From Isurus oxyrinchus (taxonomy: Eukaryota), in assembly GCA_026770705.1 (NCBI GenBank), contig JANJGN010000021.1, positions 80,166,001-80,230,000 of the forward strand: DNA of 64,000 nt, given 5' to 3'. Shown one piece after another: positions 45,401 through 59,399 of the stretch. The notes under the pieces are model-generated. The model searched no databases. It saw only the letters and a program-made list of their open reading frames with translations, and was not told the origin of the DNA. Position 1 is the stretch's first letter. The number at the start of each line of letters is the position of its first letter. Made by a program: the position numbers and the translations under genes.

Positions 45401-48400
45401 TTTAAAATGAACTCCCCTCAATCACTGCGCTGGATTTAAAATGAACTCCTCTCGCTCACCGCGCTCTATTTAAAATGAACTCCCCTCGCTCACCGCGCCC
45501 TTTTTAAAATGAACTCCCCTCGCTCACAGCGCCCTTTTTAAAATGAACTCCCCTCACTCACGCGCTCTTTTTAAAATGAACTCCCCTCGCTCTTTTTAAA
45601 ATGAACTCCCCTCAATCACTGCGCTCGATTTAAAATGAACTCCCCTCACTCACCGCGCCCTTTTAAACATGAACTCCACTCGCTCTGTTTAAAATGAACT
45701 CCCCTCTCTCACCACGCTCTTTTTAAAATGAACTCCCCTCACTCACTGCGCCCTTTTTAAAATGGACTCCACTCACTCACCGCGCTCTATTTAAAATGGA
45801 CTCCCCACGCTCACCGTGCGCTTTTTAAAATGAACTCCCCTCGTCCACCACACCCTTTTTAAAATGAACTCCCCTCGCTCACTGCGCCCTTTTTAAAATG
45901 GACTCCCATCAATCACTGCGCTCGATTTAAAATGAACTCCTCTCGCTCACCGCGCTCTATTTAAAATGAACTCTCCTGCTCACCGCGCCCTTTTTAAAAT
46001 AAACTCCCCTCACTCACCACGCCCTTTTTAAAATAAACTCCCCTCACTCACTGCGCCCTTTTTAAAATGAACACCCCTCGTTAACAGCGCCCTTTTTAAA
46101 ATGGACTCCCCTCAATCACTGCGCTCGATTTAAAATTAACTCACCACGCTGTTTTTAAAATGGACTCCCCTCAATCACCGCGCTCTTTTTAAAATGAACT
46201 CCCCTCGTTCACCGCGCCCTTTTTAAAATGGACTCCCCTCAATCACTGCGCTCGATTTAAAATGAACTCCCCTCGCTCACCGCGCCCTTTTTAAAATGAA
46301 CGCTCCTCGCTCACCGCGCCCTTTTTAAAATGAACTCTCCTCACTCTTTTTAAAATGAACTCCCCTCACTCACTGCGCCCTTTTTAAAATGAACTCCCCT
46401 CGCTCATCGTGCCCTTTTTAAAATGAACTCTCCTCACTCACTGCGCCCTTTTTAAAATGAACTCCCCTCGCTCACCGTGCCCTTTTTAAAATGAACTCTC
46501 CTCACTCACTGCGCCCTTTTTAAAATGAACTCCCCTCGCTCACCGCACCCTTTTTAAAATGAACTCCCCTCACCCACCGCGCTATTTTTAAAATGAACTC
46601 TCCTCGCTCACCGCACCCTTTTTAAAATGAACTCCCCTCACTCACCGCGCTCTTTTTGAAATGGACTCCCTTCAATCACTGCGCTCGATTTAAAATAAAC
46701 TCCCCTAGCTCACCGTGGCCTTTTTAAAATGAACTCCCCTCGCTCACCGTGCCCTTTTTAAAATGAACTCCCCCCCCCCTCACCACGCTCTTTTTAAAAT
46801 TAACTCCCCTCAGTACCCGTGCCCTTTTTAAAATGAACTCCCCTCGCTCACCGCGCTCTTTTTAAAATGAAATTCCCTTACTCACCCCGCTCTGCTTAAA
46901 ATGAACTCCCTTCGCTCACTGCGCCCTTTTTAAATTGAACTCCCCTAACTCACCGCGTTCTGTTTAAAATGAACTCCCCTCGCTCACCGCGCCCTTTTTA
47001 AAATGAACTCCCCTCACTCACCGCACCCTTTTTAAAATAAACTCCCCTCACTCTGTTTAAAATGAACTCCCCTCGCTCACCGCGTTCTGTTTGAAATGAA
47101 CTCCCCGCTCACCACGCTCTTTTTAAAATGTACTCCCCTCACTCACTGCGCCCTTTTAAAAATGAACTGCCCACGCTCTGTTTAAAATGAACTCCCTTCG
47201 CTCACTGCGCCCTTTTTAAAATGAACTCCTCTCACTCACTGCGCCCTTTTTAAAATGAACTCCCCTCGCTCACCGCGCTCTTTTTAAAATGGACTCCCCT
47301 CAATCACCGCGCTCTATTTAAAATGAACTCCCCTCGTTCACCACGCCCTTTTTAAAATGAACACCCCTCGCTCACCGCACCCTTTTAAACATGAACTCCC
47401 CTCGCGCTGTTTAAAATGAACTCCCCTCGCTCACCGCGCCCTTTTTAAAATGAACTCCCCTCGCTCACCGCGCCTTTTTAAAATGAACTCCCCTCGCTCA
47501 CCGTGCCCTTTTTAAAATGAACTGCCCTCGCTCACCGCGCGAAATTCCCTTACTCACCGTGCTCTGCTTAAAATGAACTCCCTTCGCTCACTGCGCCCTT
47601 TTTAAAATGAACTCCCCTCACTCACCGCATTCTGTTTGAAATGAACTCCCGCTCACCGTGCTCTTTTTAAAATGTACTCCCCTCACTCACCGCACCCTTT
47701 TTAAAATGAACTCCCCTCGCTGTTTAAAATGAACTCCCCTCGCTCACCGCGCCCTTTTTAAAATGAACTCCCCTCGCTCACCGCGCCCTTTTTAAAATGA
47801 ACTCCCCTCGCTCACCGCGCCCTTTTTAAAATGAACTCCCCTCGCTCACCGCACCCTTTTTAAAATGAACTCCCCTCGGTAACCGCACTCTTTTTAAAAT
47901 GTACTCCCCTCACTCACCGTACCCTTTTTAAAATGAACTCCCCTCGCTCACCGCGCGAAATTCCCTTACTCACCGCGCTCTGCTTAAAATGAACTCTCTT
48001 CGCTCACTGCGCCCTTTTTAAAATGAACTCCCCTCACTCACCGCATTCTGTTTGAAATGAACTCCCGCTCACCGTGCTCTTTTTAAAATGTACTCCCCTC
48101 ACTCACCGCACCCTTTTTAAAATGAACTCCCCTCGCTGTTTAAAATGAACTCCCCTCGATCACCGTGCCCTTTTTAAAATGAAATCCCCACTCTTACCGC
48201 GCCCTTTTTAAAATTAACTCCACTCGCTCACCGCGCTCTTTTTAAATGAACTCTCCTCGTTCACCGCGACCTTTTTAAAATGAACTCTCCTCGCTCACTG
48301 CGCCCTTTTTAAAATGAACTCCCCTCGCTCACCGTATCCATTTTCAGTTGAACTCCCCTCGCTCACTGCATCCATTTTCAAATGAATTCTCATCGCTCAC

Positions 48401-51400
48401 CGCGCCCTTTTTAAAATGAACTCCCCTCACTCTGTTTAAAATGAACTCCCCTCGCTCACCGCGCCCTTTTTAAAATGAATTCCCCTCGCTCACCGCGCTC
48501 TTTTTAAAATGAACTCCCCTCACTGACCGCGTTCTTCTTGAAATGAACTCTCCTCGCTCACCGCGCCCTTTGTAAAATGAACTCTCCTCGCTCTGTTTAA
48601 AATGAACACCCCTCACTCACTGCGCCCTTTTTCAAATGAACTCCGCTCGCTCACCGCGCCCTTTTTAAAATGAACTCCCCTCGCTCACCGCGCCCTTTTT
48701 AAAATGAACTCCGCTCGCTCACCGCGCCCTTTTTAAAATGAACTCCCCTCACTCACTGCGCCCTTTTTAAAATGAACTCCCCTCACTCACTGCGCCCTTT
48801 TTCAAATGAACTCCGCTCGCTCACCGCGCCCTTTTTAAAATGAACTCCCCTCACTGACCGCGTTCTTCTTGAAATGAACTCTCCTCGCTCACCGCGCCCT
48901 TTGTAAAATGAACTCCCCTCGCTCTGTTTAAAATGAACACCCCTCACTCACTGCGCCCTTTTTCAAATGAACTCCGCTCGCTCACCGCGCCCTTTTTAAA
49001 ATGAACTCCCCTCGCTCACCGCGCCCTTTTTAAAATGAACTCCGCTCGCTCACCGCGCCCTTTTTAAAATGAACTCCCCTCACTCACTGCGCCCTTTTTA
49101 AAATGAACACCCCTCACTCACTGCGCCCTTTTTCAAATGAACTCCGCTCGCTCACCGCGCCCTTTTTAAAATGAACTCCCCTCGCTCACCGCGCCCTTTT
49201 TAAAATGAACTCCGCTCGCTCACCGCGCCCTTTTTAAAATGAACTCCCCTCACTCACTGCGCCCTTTTTAAAATGAACTCCCCTCACTCACTGCGCCCTT
49301 TTTAAAATGAACTCCCCTCGCGCACCGTACCCATTTTCAAATGAACTCACCTCGCTCACCGCGCTCTTTTTAAATGAACTCTCCTCGTTCACCGCGCCCT
49401 TTGTAAAATGAACTCCCCTCGCTCACCACGCCCTTTGTAAAATGAACTCCCCTCACTCACTGCGCCCTTTTGAAAATGAACTCTCCTCGCTGTTTAAAAT
49501 GAACACCCCTCGCTCACCACGCTCTTTTTAAAATGAACTTCTCTCACTTTCCGCACCCTTTTTAAAATGAACTCCCCTTGCTCTGTTTAAAATTAACTCC
49601 CCTCACTCACTGCGCCCTTTTTAAAATGAACTCCCCTCGCTCACCGCGCTCTATTTAAAATGAACGCTCCTCGCTCACCGTGCGCTTTATAAAATGAACT
49701 CCTCTCGCTCACCGCGGCATTTTTAAAATGAACTCCCTTCGCTCATCGCGCCCTTTTTAAAATGAACTCCGCTCACTCACTGTACCCTTTTTAAAATGAA
49801 ATCCCCTCGCTATGTTTAAAATTAACTCCCCTCGCTCTGTTTAAAATGAACTCCCCTCACTCACCGCGCTCTTTTTAAAATGAAATCCCCTCGCTATGTT
49901 TAAAATGAACTCCCCTCGCTCTGCTTAAAATGAACTCCCTTCGCTCACTGCGCCCTTTTTAAAATGAACTCCCCTCACTCACCGCATTCTGTTTGAAATG
50001 AACTCCCGCTCACCGTGCTCTTTTTAAAATGTACTCCCCTCACTCACCGCACCTTTTTTAAAATGAACTCCCCTCGCTGTTTAAAATGAACTCCCCTCGA
50101 TCACCGTGCCCTTTTTAAAATGAACTCCCTTCGCTCACCGCGCCCTTTGTAAAATGAAATCCCCACTCTTACCGCGCCCTTTTTAAAATGAACTCCACTC
50201 GCTCACCGCGCTCTTTTTAAATGAACTCTCCTTGTTCACCGCAACCTTTTTAAAATGAACTCTCCTCGCTCACTGCGCCCTTTTAAAAATGAACTCCCCT
50301 CACTCACTGCTTTCTGTCTAAAATGAACTCCCCTCGCTCACTGTGCCCTTTTTCAAATGAACTCCGATCGCTCACCGCGCCCTTTTTAAAATGAACTCCC
50401 CTCACTCACTGCGCCTTTTTAAAAATGAATTCCCCTCACTCACGGCGCCCTTTTTAAAATGAACTCCTCTCGCTCACCGTATCCATTTTCAGTTGAACTC
50501 CCCTCGCTCACCGCACCCATTTTCAAATGAATTCTCCTCACTCACCGCGCCCTTTTTAAAATGAACTCTCCTCGCTCTGTTTAAAATGAACACCCCTCAC
50601 TCACTGCGCACTGTTTAAAATGAATTCCCCTTGCTCACCGCGCTCTATTTAAAATGAACTCCCCTCGCTCACTGCGCCCTTTATAAAATGAACGCCCCTC
50701 GCTCACTGCGCCCTTTATAAAATGAACTCCCCTCGCTCACTGCGCCCTTTTTAAAATGAACTCCCCTCACTCACCACGCCCTTTTTAAAATGAACTCCCC
50801 TCACTCACCGCGCTCTGTTTAAAATGAACTCCCCTCGCTCATCGTGCTCTTTTTAAAATGAACTCCCCTCGTCCACCGCACCCTTTTTAAAATGAACTCC
50901 CCTCACTCACCGCGCTCTACTTAAAATGAACTCCCATGACTCACCGTGCCCTTTTTAAAATGATCTCTCCTCACTCACGGCGCACTTTTTAAAATGAACT
51001 CCCCTCACTTACTGCGCCCTTTTTAAAATGAACTCCCCTCGCTCACCGTACCCATTTTCAAATGAACTCACCTCGCTCACCGCGCCCGTTTTAAAATGAA
51101 CTCCACTCACTCTGTTTAAAATGAACTCCCCTCGCTCACCGCGCTCTTTTTAAAATGAACTCTCCTCGCTCACCGTGCCATTTTTAAAATGAACTCACCT
51201 CACTCACTGCGCCCTTTTGAAAATGAACTCTCCTCACTGGTTAAAATGAACACCCCTCGCTCACCACGCCCTTTTTAAAATGAATTTCCCTCGCTCACCG
51301 CGCTCTTTTTAAAATGAACTCCCCTCACTGACCGCGCTCTTCTTGAAATGAACTCTCCTCGCTCACCGTGCCCTTTTTAAAATGAACTCCCCTCGCTCTT

Positions 51401-54400
51401 TTTAAAATGAACTCCCCTCACTCACCGCGCCCTTTTTAAAATGAACTCTCCTCGCTCTGTTTAAAATGAACTCCCCTCACTCACTGCGCCCATTTTAAAA
51501 TGAACTCACCTCGCTCTGTTTAAAATGAACTCCCCTCACTCACCGCGACCTTTTTAAAATGAATTCCCCTCGCTCACCGCGCTCTATTTAAAATGAACGC
51601 CCCTCGCTCACTGCGCCCTTTATAAAATGAACTCCTCTCGCTCACTGCGCCCTTTTAAAATGAACTCCCCTCGCTCACTGCGCCCTTTTTAAAATGAACT
51701 CCCCTCACTCACCGCGCCCTTTCTAAAATGAACTCTCCTCACTCACCGCGCTCTATTTAAAATGAACTCCCCTCGCTCATCGTGCCCTTTTTAAAATGAA
51801 CTCCTCTCACTCACTGCGCTCTGTTTAAAATGAACTGCCATCGCTCACCGCGCTCTACTTAAAATGAACTCCCATGACTCACCGCGCCCTTTTTAAAATG
51901 ATCTCTCCTTGCTCACCGTGCTCTGTTTAAAATGAACTCACCTCACTCACCGCGCCCTTTTTCAAATGAACTCCGCTCGCTCACCGCGCCCTTTTTAAAA
52001 TGAACTCCCCTCAATCACCGCGCTCTATTTAAAATGAACTCCCCTCGTTCACCGCGCCCTTTTTAAAATGAACTCCCCTCGCTCACCGTGCCGTTTTAAA
52101 CATGAACTCCCCTCGCTCTGTTTAAAATGAACTCTCCTCTCTCACCACGCTCTTTTTAAAATGAACTCCCCTCGCTCACCGCGCTCTGTATAAAATGAAC
52201 TCCCCTCGCTCATCGCACCCTTTTTAAAAGAAACTCCCCTCGCTCTGTTTAAAATGAACTCCCCTCGCTCACCGCGCCCTTTTTAAAATGTACTCCCCTC
52301 CCTCACCGCACCCTTTTTAAAATGAACTGCCCTCGCTCTGTTTAAAATGAACTCCCCACGCTCACCGCACCCTTTTTAAAATGAACTCCCCTCGCTCACC
52401 GCGCCCTTTTTAAAATGAACTCCCCTCGCTCACCGCGCCCTTTTTAAAATGAACTCCTCTCGCTCACCGCGCCCTTTTTAAAATGAACTCCCCTCGCTCA
52501 CCGCGCGAAATTCCCTTACTCACCGTGCTCTGCTTAAAATGAACTCCCTTCGCTCACTGCGCCCTTTTTAAATTGAACTCCCCTCACTCACCGCATTCTG
52601 TTTGAAATGAACTCCCGCTCACCGTGCTCTTTTTAAAATGTACTCCCCTCACTCACCGCACCCTTTTTAAAATGAACTCCCCTCGCTGTTTAAAATGAAC
52701 TCCCCTCGCTGTTTAAAATGAACTCCCCTCGATCACCGTGCCCTTTTTAAAATGAACTCCCTTCGCTCACCGCGCCCTTTTTAAAATGAAATCCCCACTC
52801 TTACCGCGTCCTTTTTAAAATGAACTCCACTCGCTCACTGCGCTCTTTTTAAATGAACTCTCCTCGTTCACCGCGACCTTTTTAAAATGAACTCTCCTCG
52901 TTCACTGCGCCCTTTTAAAAATGAACGCCCCTCACTCACTGCTTTCTGTCTAAAATGAACTCCCCTCACTCACCGTGCCCTTTTTAAATGAACTCTCCTC
53001 GCTCACCGCGCCCTTTTTAAAATGAACTCCTCACTCACTGCGCCCTTTTTAAAATGAACTCCCCTCACTCACCGCGCTCTGTTTAAAATGAACTGCCATC
53101 GCTCACCGCGCTCTACTTAAAATGAACTCCCATGACTCACCGTGCCCTTTTTAAAATGATCTCTCCTCGCTCACCGTGCTCTGTTTAAAATGAACTCACC
53201 TCACTCACTGCGCCCTTTTTCAAATGAACTCCCCTCGCTCACCTCGCTCTTTTTAAAATGGACTCCCCTCAATCACCGCGCTCTATTTAAAATGAACTCC
53301 CCTCGCTCACCGCGCCCTTTTTAAAATAAACTCCCCTCACTGTTTAAAATGAACTCCCCTCGCTCACCGCGCCCTTTTTAAATGAACTCTCCTCGCTCAC
53401 CGCGCCCTTTTTAAAATGAACTCCCCTCACTCACCGCGCCCTTTTTAAATGAACTCTCCTCGCTCACCGCAGTCTTTTTAAAATAAACTCCCCTCACTGT
53501 TTAAAATGAACTCCCCTCGCTCACCGCGCCCTTTTTAAATGAACTCCCCTCACTCACCACGCTCTTTTTAAAATGAACTCCCCACGCTCACCGCGCCCTT
53601 TTTAAAATGAACTCCCCACGCTCATCGCGCCCTTTTTAAAATGAACTCCTCTCGCTCACCGCGTCCTTTTTAAAATGAACTCCCCTCACTCACCGCGCTC
53701 TGTTTAAAATGAACTGCCATCGCTCACCGCGCTCTACTTAAAATGAACTCCCATGACTCACCGTGCCCTTTTTAAAATGATCTCTCCTCGCTCACCGTGC
53801 TCTGTTTAAAATGAACTCACTTCACTCACCGCGCCCTTTTTCAAATGAACTCCCCTCGCTCTGTTTCAAATGAACTCCCCTCTCTCACCACGCTCTTTTT
53901 AAAATGAATTCCCCTCGCTCACCGCGCCCTTTTTAAAATAAACTCCCCTCGCTCTGTTTAAAATGAACTCCCCACGCTCACCGCGCCCTTTTTAAAATGA
54001 ACTCCCCACGCTCACCGCGCCCTTTTTAAAATGAACTCCTCTCGCTCACCGCGCCCTTTTTAAAATGAACTCCCCTCGCTCACCGTATTCTGTTTGAAAT
54101 GAACTCCCGCTCACCGTGCTATTTTTAAAATGTACTCCCCTCACTCACCGCACCCTTTTTAAAATAAACTCCCCTCACTGTTTAAAATGAACTCCCCTCG
54201 ATCACCGCACCCTTTTTAAAATAAACTCCCCTCGCTGTTTAAAATGGACGCCCCTCGATCACCGTGCCCTTTTTAAAATGAACTCCCTTCGCTCACCGCG
54301 CCCTTTTTAAAATGAAATCCCCACTCTTACCGCGCCCTTTTTAAAATGAACTTCACTCGCTCACCGCGCTCTTTTTAAATGAACTCTCCTCGTTCACCGC

Positions 54401-57400
54401 GACCTTTTTAAAATGAACTCTCCTCGCTCACTGCGCCCTTTTAAAAATGAACTCCCCTCACTCACTGCTTTCTGTCTAAAATGAACTCCCCTCGCTCACC
54501 ATGCCCTTTTTCAAATGAACTCCGATCGCTCACCGCGCCCTTTTTAAAATGAACTCCCCTCACTCACTGCGCCCTTTTTAAAATGAACTCCCCTCACTCA
54601 CGGCGCCCTTTTTAAAATGAACACCCCTCGCTCACCGTATCCATTTTCAGTTGAACTCCCCTCGCTCACCGCACCCATTTTCAAATGAATTCTCCTCGCT
54701 CACCGCGCCCTTTTTAAAATGAACTCCCCTCGCTCACCGCGCCCTTTGTAAAATGAATTCCCCTCGCTCACCGCGCTCTTTTTAAAATGAACTCACCTCA
54801 CTAACCGCACCTTTTTTAAAATGAACTCCCCTCGCCCTTTTTAAAATGAACTCCCCTCACTCACCGCGCCCTTTTTAAAATGAACTCTCCTCACTCACCG
54901 GACCCTTTTTAAAATGAAATCCCCAGTCTCATCGCGCCCTTTTTAAAATGAACTCCCCTCGCTCTGTTTAAAATGAACTCCCCTCACTCACCGTGCTCTT
55001 TTTAAAATGAAATCCCCTCGCCATGTTTAAAATGTACTCCCCTCGCTCACCGCACTCTTTATAAAATGAACTCCCCTCACTCACCGCGCTCTTTATAAAA
55101 TGAACTCCCTTTGCTCACCGCGCTCTTTATAAAATGAACTCCCCTCACTCACCGCGCTCTTTTTAAAATGAAATCCCCTCGCCATGTTTAAAATGTACTC
55201 CCCTCGCTCACCGCACTCTTTATAAAATGAACTCCCCTCACTCACCGCACTCTTTATAAAATGAACTCCCCTCACTCACCGCGCTCTTTATAAAATGAAC
55301 TCCCTTTGCTCACCGCGCTCCTTTTAAAATGAAGTCCCCTCGCTCACCGCTCCCTTTATACAATGAACTCCGCTCGCTCACTGCGCCCTTTTTAAAATGA
55401 ACTCCCCTCACTCACCGTGCTCTTTTTAAAATGAAATCCCCAGTCTCATCGCGCCCTTTTTAAAATGAACTCCCCTTGCTCACCGCGCTCTGTATAAAAT
55501 GAAGTCCCCTCGGTCACCGCGCCCTATTTAAAATGATCACTCCTCACTCACCGCGCTCTTTTTAAAATGAACACCCATCGCTCACTGCGCCCTTTTTAAA
55601 ATGAACTCTCCTCGCTTATCGCGCTCCTTTTAAAATGAACGCCCCTCACTCACTGCGCCCTTTTTAAAATGAACTCCCCTCGCTCACTGCGCCCTTTTTA
55701 AAATGAACCTCCCTCGCTCACCGCGCCCTATTTAAAATGAACTCCCCTCGCTCACTGTGCCCTTTTTAAAATGAACCTCCCTCGCTCACCGCGCCCTTTT
55801 TAAAATGAACTCCCCTCGCTCACTGCGCCCTTTTTAAAATGAACTCCCCTCGCTCACCGTGCTCTATTTAAAATGAACTCCCCTTGCTCACTGCGCCCTT
55901 TTTAAAATGAACTCCCCTCGCTCACCGCGCCCTTTTTAATATGAATTCCCCTCACTCACCGCGCCCTTTTTAAAATGAACTCCCCTCGCTCACCGCGCCC
56001 TTTTTAAAATGAACTCCCTTCGCTCACCGCGCCCTTTTTAAACTGAACTGCCCCCGCTCACCGCGCTCTGTATAAAATGATCTCCCCTCACTCACCGCGC
56101 CCTTTTTAAAATGATCTCCCCTCACTCACCGCGCCCTATTTAAAATGAACTCCCCTCACTCACCGCGCCCTATTTAAAATGAACTCTCCTCGCTCACCGC
56201 ACCCTTTTTAAAATGAACTCCCCTCGCTCTGTTTAAAATGAACTCCCCTCGCTCACCGCGTCCTTTTTAAAATGAACTTCCCTCACTCACCGCGCTCTTT
56301 TTAAAATGAACTTCCCTCTCTCACCGCACCTTTTTTAAAATGAACTCTCCTCGCTCACCGCGCCCTATTTAAAATGAACTCCCCTCTCTCACCACGCTCT
56401 ATTTAAAATGAACTCCCCTCTCTCACCACGCTCTATTTAAAATGAACTCCCCTCTCTCACCACGCCCTTTTTAAAATGAACCACCCTCGCTCACCGCGTT
56501 CTTTTTAAAATGAACTCCCCTCGCTCACTGCGCCCATTTTAAAATGAACTGCCCCCGCTCACTGTGCTCTGTATAAAATGAACTCCCCTCGCTCACCGCA
56601 CCCTTTTTAAAATGAACTCCCCTCGTTCACCGCGCCCTATTTAAAATGAACACCCCTCACTCACCACGCACTTTTTAAAATGAACTCCCCTCGCTCACCG
56701 CGCTCTTTTTAAAATGAACACACCTCGCTCACCGCGCCTTTTTTAAAATGAACTCCTGTCGGTCAGTGCTCTATGTTTAAAATGAACTCCCCTCACTCAC
56801 CGCACCCTTTTTAACATGAACTCCCCTCACTCACCGCGCCCTTTTTAAAATGAACTCCCCTCGCTCACCACGCCCTTTTTAAAATAAATCCCCTGAATCA
56901 CCGCGCCTTTTTTAAAATGAACTCCCCTCGCTCACCGTGGCCTTTTTAAAATGAACTCCTGTCGGTCAGTGCTCTATGTTTAAAATGAACTCCCCTCACT
57001 CACCGCACCCTTTTTAACATGAACTCCCCTCGCTCACCGCACCCTTTTTAACATGAACTCCCCTCGCTCACCACGCTCTTTTTAAAATGAACTCCCCTCA
57101 CTCTGTTTAAAATGAACTCCCCTCGCTCACCGCGTCCTTTTTAAAATGAACTCCCCTCGCTCACCGCGTCCTTTTTAAAATGAACTCCCCTCGCTCACCG
57201 CGTCCTTTTTAAAATGAACTTCCCTCACTCACCACGCTATTTTTAAAATGAACTCCCCTCGCTCACCTTTCCATTTTTAAAATGAATTCCCCTCTCTCAC
57301 CGCGCCCTTTTTAAAATGAACTCCCCTCGCTCACCACGCCCTTTTTAAAATAAATCCCCTGACTCACCGCGCCTTTTTTAAAATGAACTCCCCTCGCTCA

Positions 57401-58593
57401 CCGCGCCCTTTTTAAAATGAACTCCTGTCGGTCAGTGCTCTATGTTTAAAATGAACTCCCCTCACTCACCGCACCCTTTTTAACATGAACTCCCCTCGCT
57501 CACCGCACCCTTTTTAACATGAACTCCCCTCGCTCACCACGCTCTTTTTAAAATGAACTCCCCTCACTCTGTTTAAAATGAACTCCCCTCGCTCACCGCG
57601 TCCTTTTTAAAATGAACTCCCCTCGCTCACCGCGTCCTTTTTAAAATGAACTCCCCTCGCTCACCGCGTCCTTTTTAAAATGAACTTCCCTCACTCACCA
57701 CGCTATTTTTAAAATGAACTCCCCTCGCTCACCTTTCCATTTTTAAAATGAATTCCCCTCGTTCACCGCGCCCTTTTTAAAATGAACTCCCCTCGCTCAC
57801 CACGCCCTTTTTAAAATAAATCCCCTGACTCACCGCGCCTTTTTTAAAATGAACTCCCCTCGCTCACCGCGCCCTTTTTAAAATGAACTCCTGTCGGTCA
57901 GTGCTCTATGTTTAAAATGAACTCCCCTCACTCACCGCACCCTTTTTAACATGAACTCCCCTCACTCACCACGCCCTTTTTAAAATGAACTCCCCTGACT
58001 CACCGTGCCCTTTTTAAAATGAACTCCCCTCGCTCTGTTTAAAATGAACTCCCCTCGCTCACCGCGTCCTTTTTAAAATGAACTTCCCTAACTCACCGCG
58101 CTATTTTTAAAATGAACTCCCCTCTCTCACTGCACCTTTTTTAAAATGAACTCCCCTCGCTCACCGTGCTCTGTTTAAAATGAAGTCCCCTCACTCACTG
58201 TACTCTGTTTCAAATGAACTCCCCTCGTTCACCGCGCCCTTTTTTAAATGAACTCCCCTCGCTCACCGTGCCCTATTTAAAATCAACTCCCCTCTCTCAC
58301 CGCGCCCTTTTTAAAATGAACTCCCCTCACTCACTGCGCCCTATTTAAAATGAACTCCCCTTGCTCACCGCAGTCTTTTTAAAATGAACTCCCCTCGCTC
58401 ACCGCGCTCTGTATAAAATGAACTCCCCTCGCTCACCGCGCCCTTTTTAAAATGAACTCCCCTCGCTCACCACGCTCTATTTAAAATGAACTCCCCTCGC
58501 TCACCACGCTCTATTTAAAATGAACTCCCTTCGCTCACCGCGCTCTTTTTAAAATGAACTCCCCTCACTCACCGCGCCCTTTTTAAAATGAAC
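42425..58593. repeat. Satellite D: ~16-kb CpG-rich array of 34-bp units (TTTTTAAAATGAACTCCCCTCGCTCACCGCGCCC) mixed with 25-bp deletion units
   Basis: AAATGAACTC at 47761 and 47795 gives a period of 34. The short unit AAAATGAACTCCCCTCGCTCTGTTT is 25 bp. Confidence 0.98.
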
Positions 58594-58674
58594 GATTATT
58601 ATAATTTTAAACATTATTCGATTTGCTATCCCAGTTAGGATTACTCCGTTCACCACTCCCGCTCGGGCGAAGAC

Positions 58675-59240
58675 CTCTTACTCTCTCTTGTCCTCTTCCT
58701 CATTCAGACTATCACCCCTCTCTTTCCCACCCAGTCCCTCCCTGTCACTCTCTCAACGATTCTTTTTATCTCCCCCTTTCTCACCTCCCTCCTGCTCACT
58801 CGCTCTCAGCCATTCCCACGCTCTCACTTGCCCTCTCCCTTTCCCTCCATCTCACTTTCTCTCACCCACTCTATTCCTCTTCTTCACCTTCACTTTGCCC
58901 TCTTCTTTGGACCTCCTCTCTCTCGCTTTCCATTTTTCTTTCCTTCTCCCTCTCATTCTTTCCCCCTCTGTTGCACTCTCCCTCATTATCTTCCTTGCCC
59001 CCTCCCCCTCACTTTCTTACTTTCCCACTTTCTATTTCCCTCACATTCATGTTCTCTCTCCCACTTACCTTCCACTGCCTCCCTCCCATTCTCCTTCGCC
59101 CTGCACTTCTAATACTCCCATGTCTTCTCCCTCTTCTCTTCCTCACCATCTCCTCACCCTCTTCATCCTTCTCCCACTCTTTTTCACTCTCTACAATTCC
59201 CTCCTAAGCCTCTCCTCCTTTCCAGCTCTCTTTCACCCTT
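58675..59240. repeat. Polypyrimidine low-complexity tract
   Basis: About 550 bp almost entirely C/T on the + strand. Confidence 0.9.
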
Positions 59241-59395
59241 TAAGAAACACCTTAAAACCTACCTCCATGACCAAGCTATTGGTCATTTACCAAAAAATCA
59301 CATGGCTCAGTGTCAAATTTTGCCATATAAAACTCCTGTGAATCGCCTGGTGCCACTTTATTACATTTAAAACACTATATAAATAAAAGCAGCTG
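59230..59395 (+). mobile_element. L2-type LINE/SINE 3' end
   Basis: CTTAAAACCTACCTC...GACCAAGCT.TTGGTCA...CTCCTGTGAATCGCCT...CACTATATAAAT resembles L2 3' termini. Confidence 0.55.
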
Positions 59396-59399
59396 TAAT

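Noticed and set aside
42425-58593. GGGGAGTTCA in satellite D as arrayed NF-kB sites regulating B2M
   Set aside because: It lacks the terminal CC of the kB consensus, lies more than 26 kb away, and is in an apparently methylated array.
58623-59341. 194- and 217-aa Ser/Leu/Pro-rich ORFs
   Set aside because: The polypyrimidine tract lacks stop codons because of its composition, and the starts are non-ATG.
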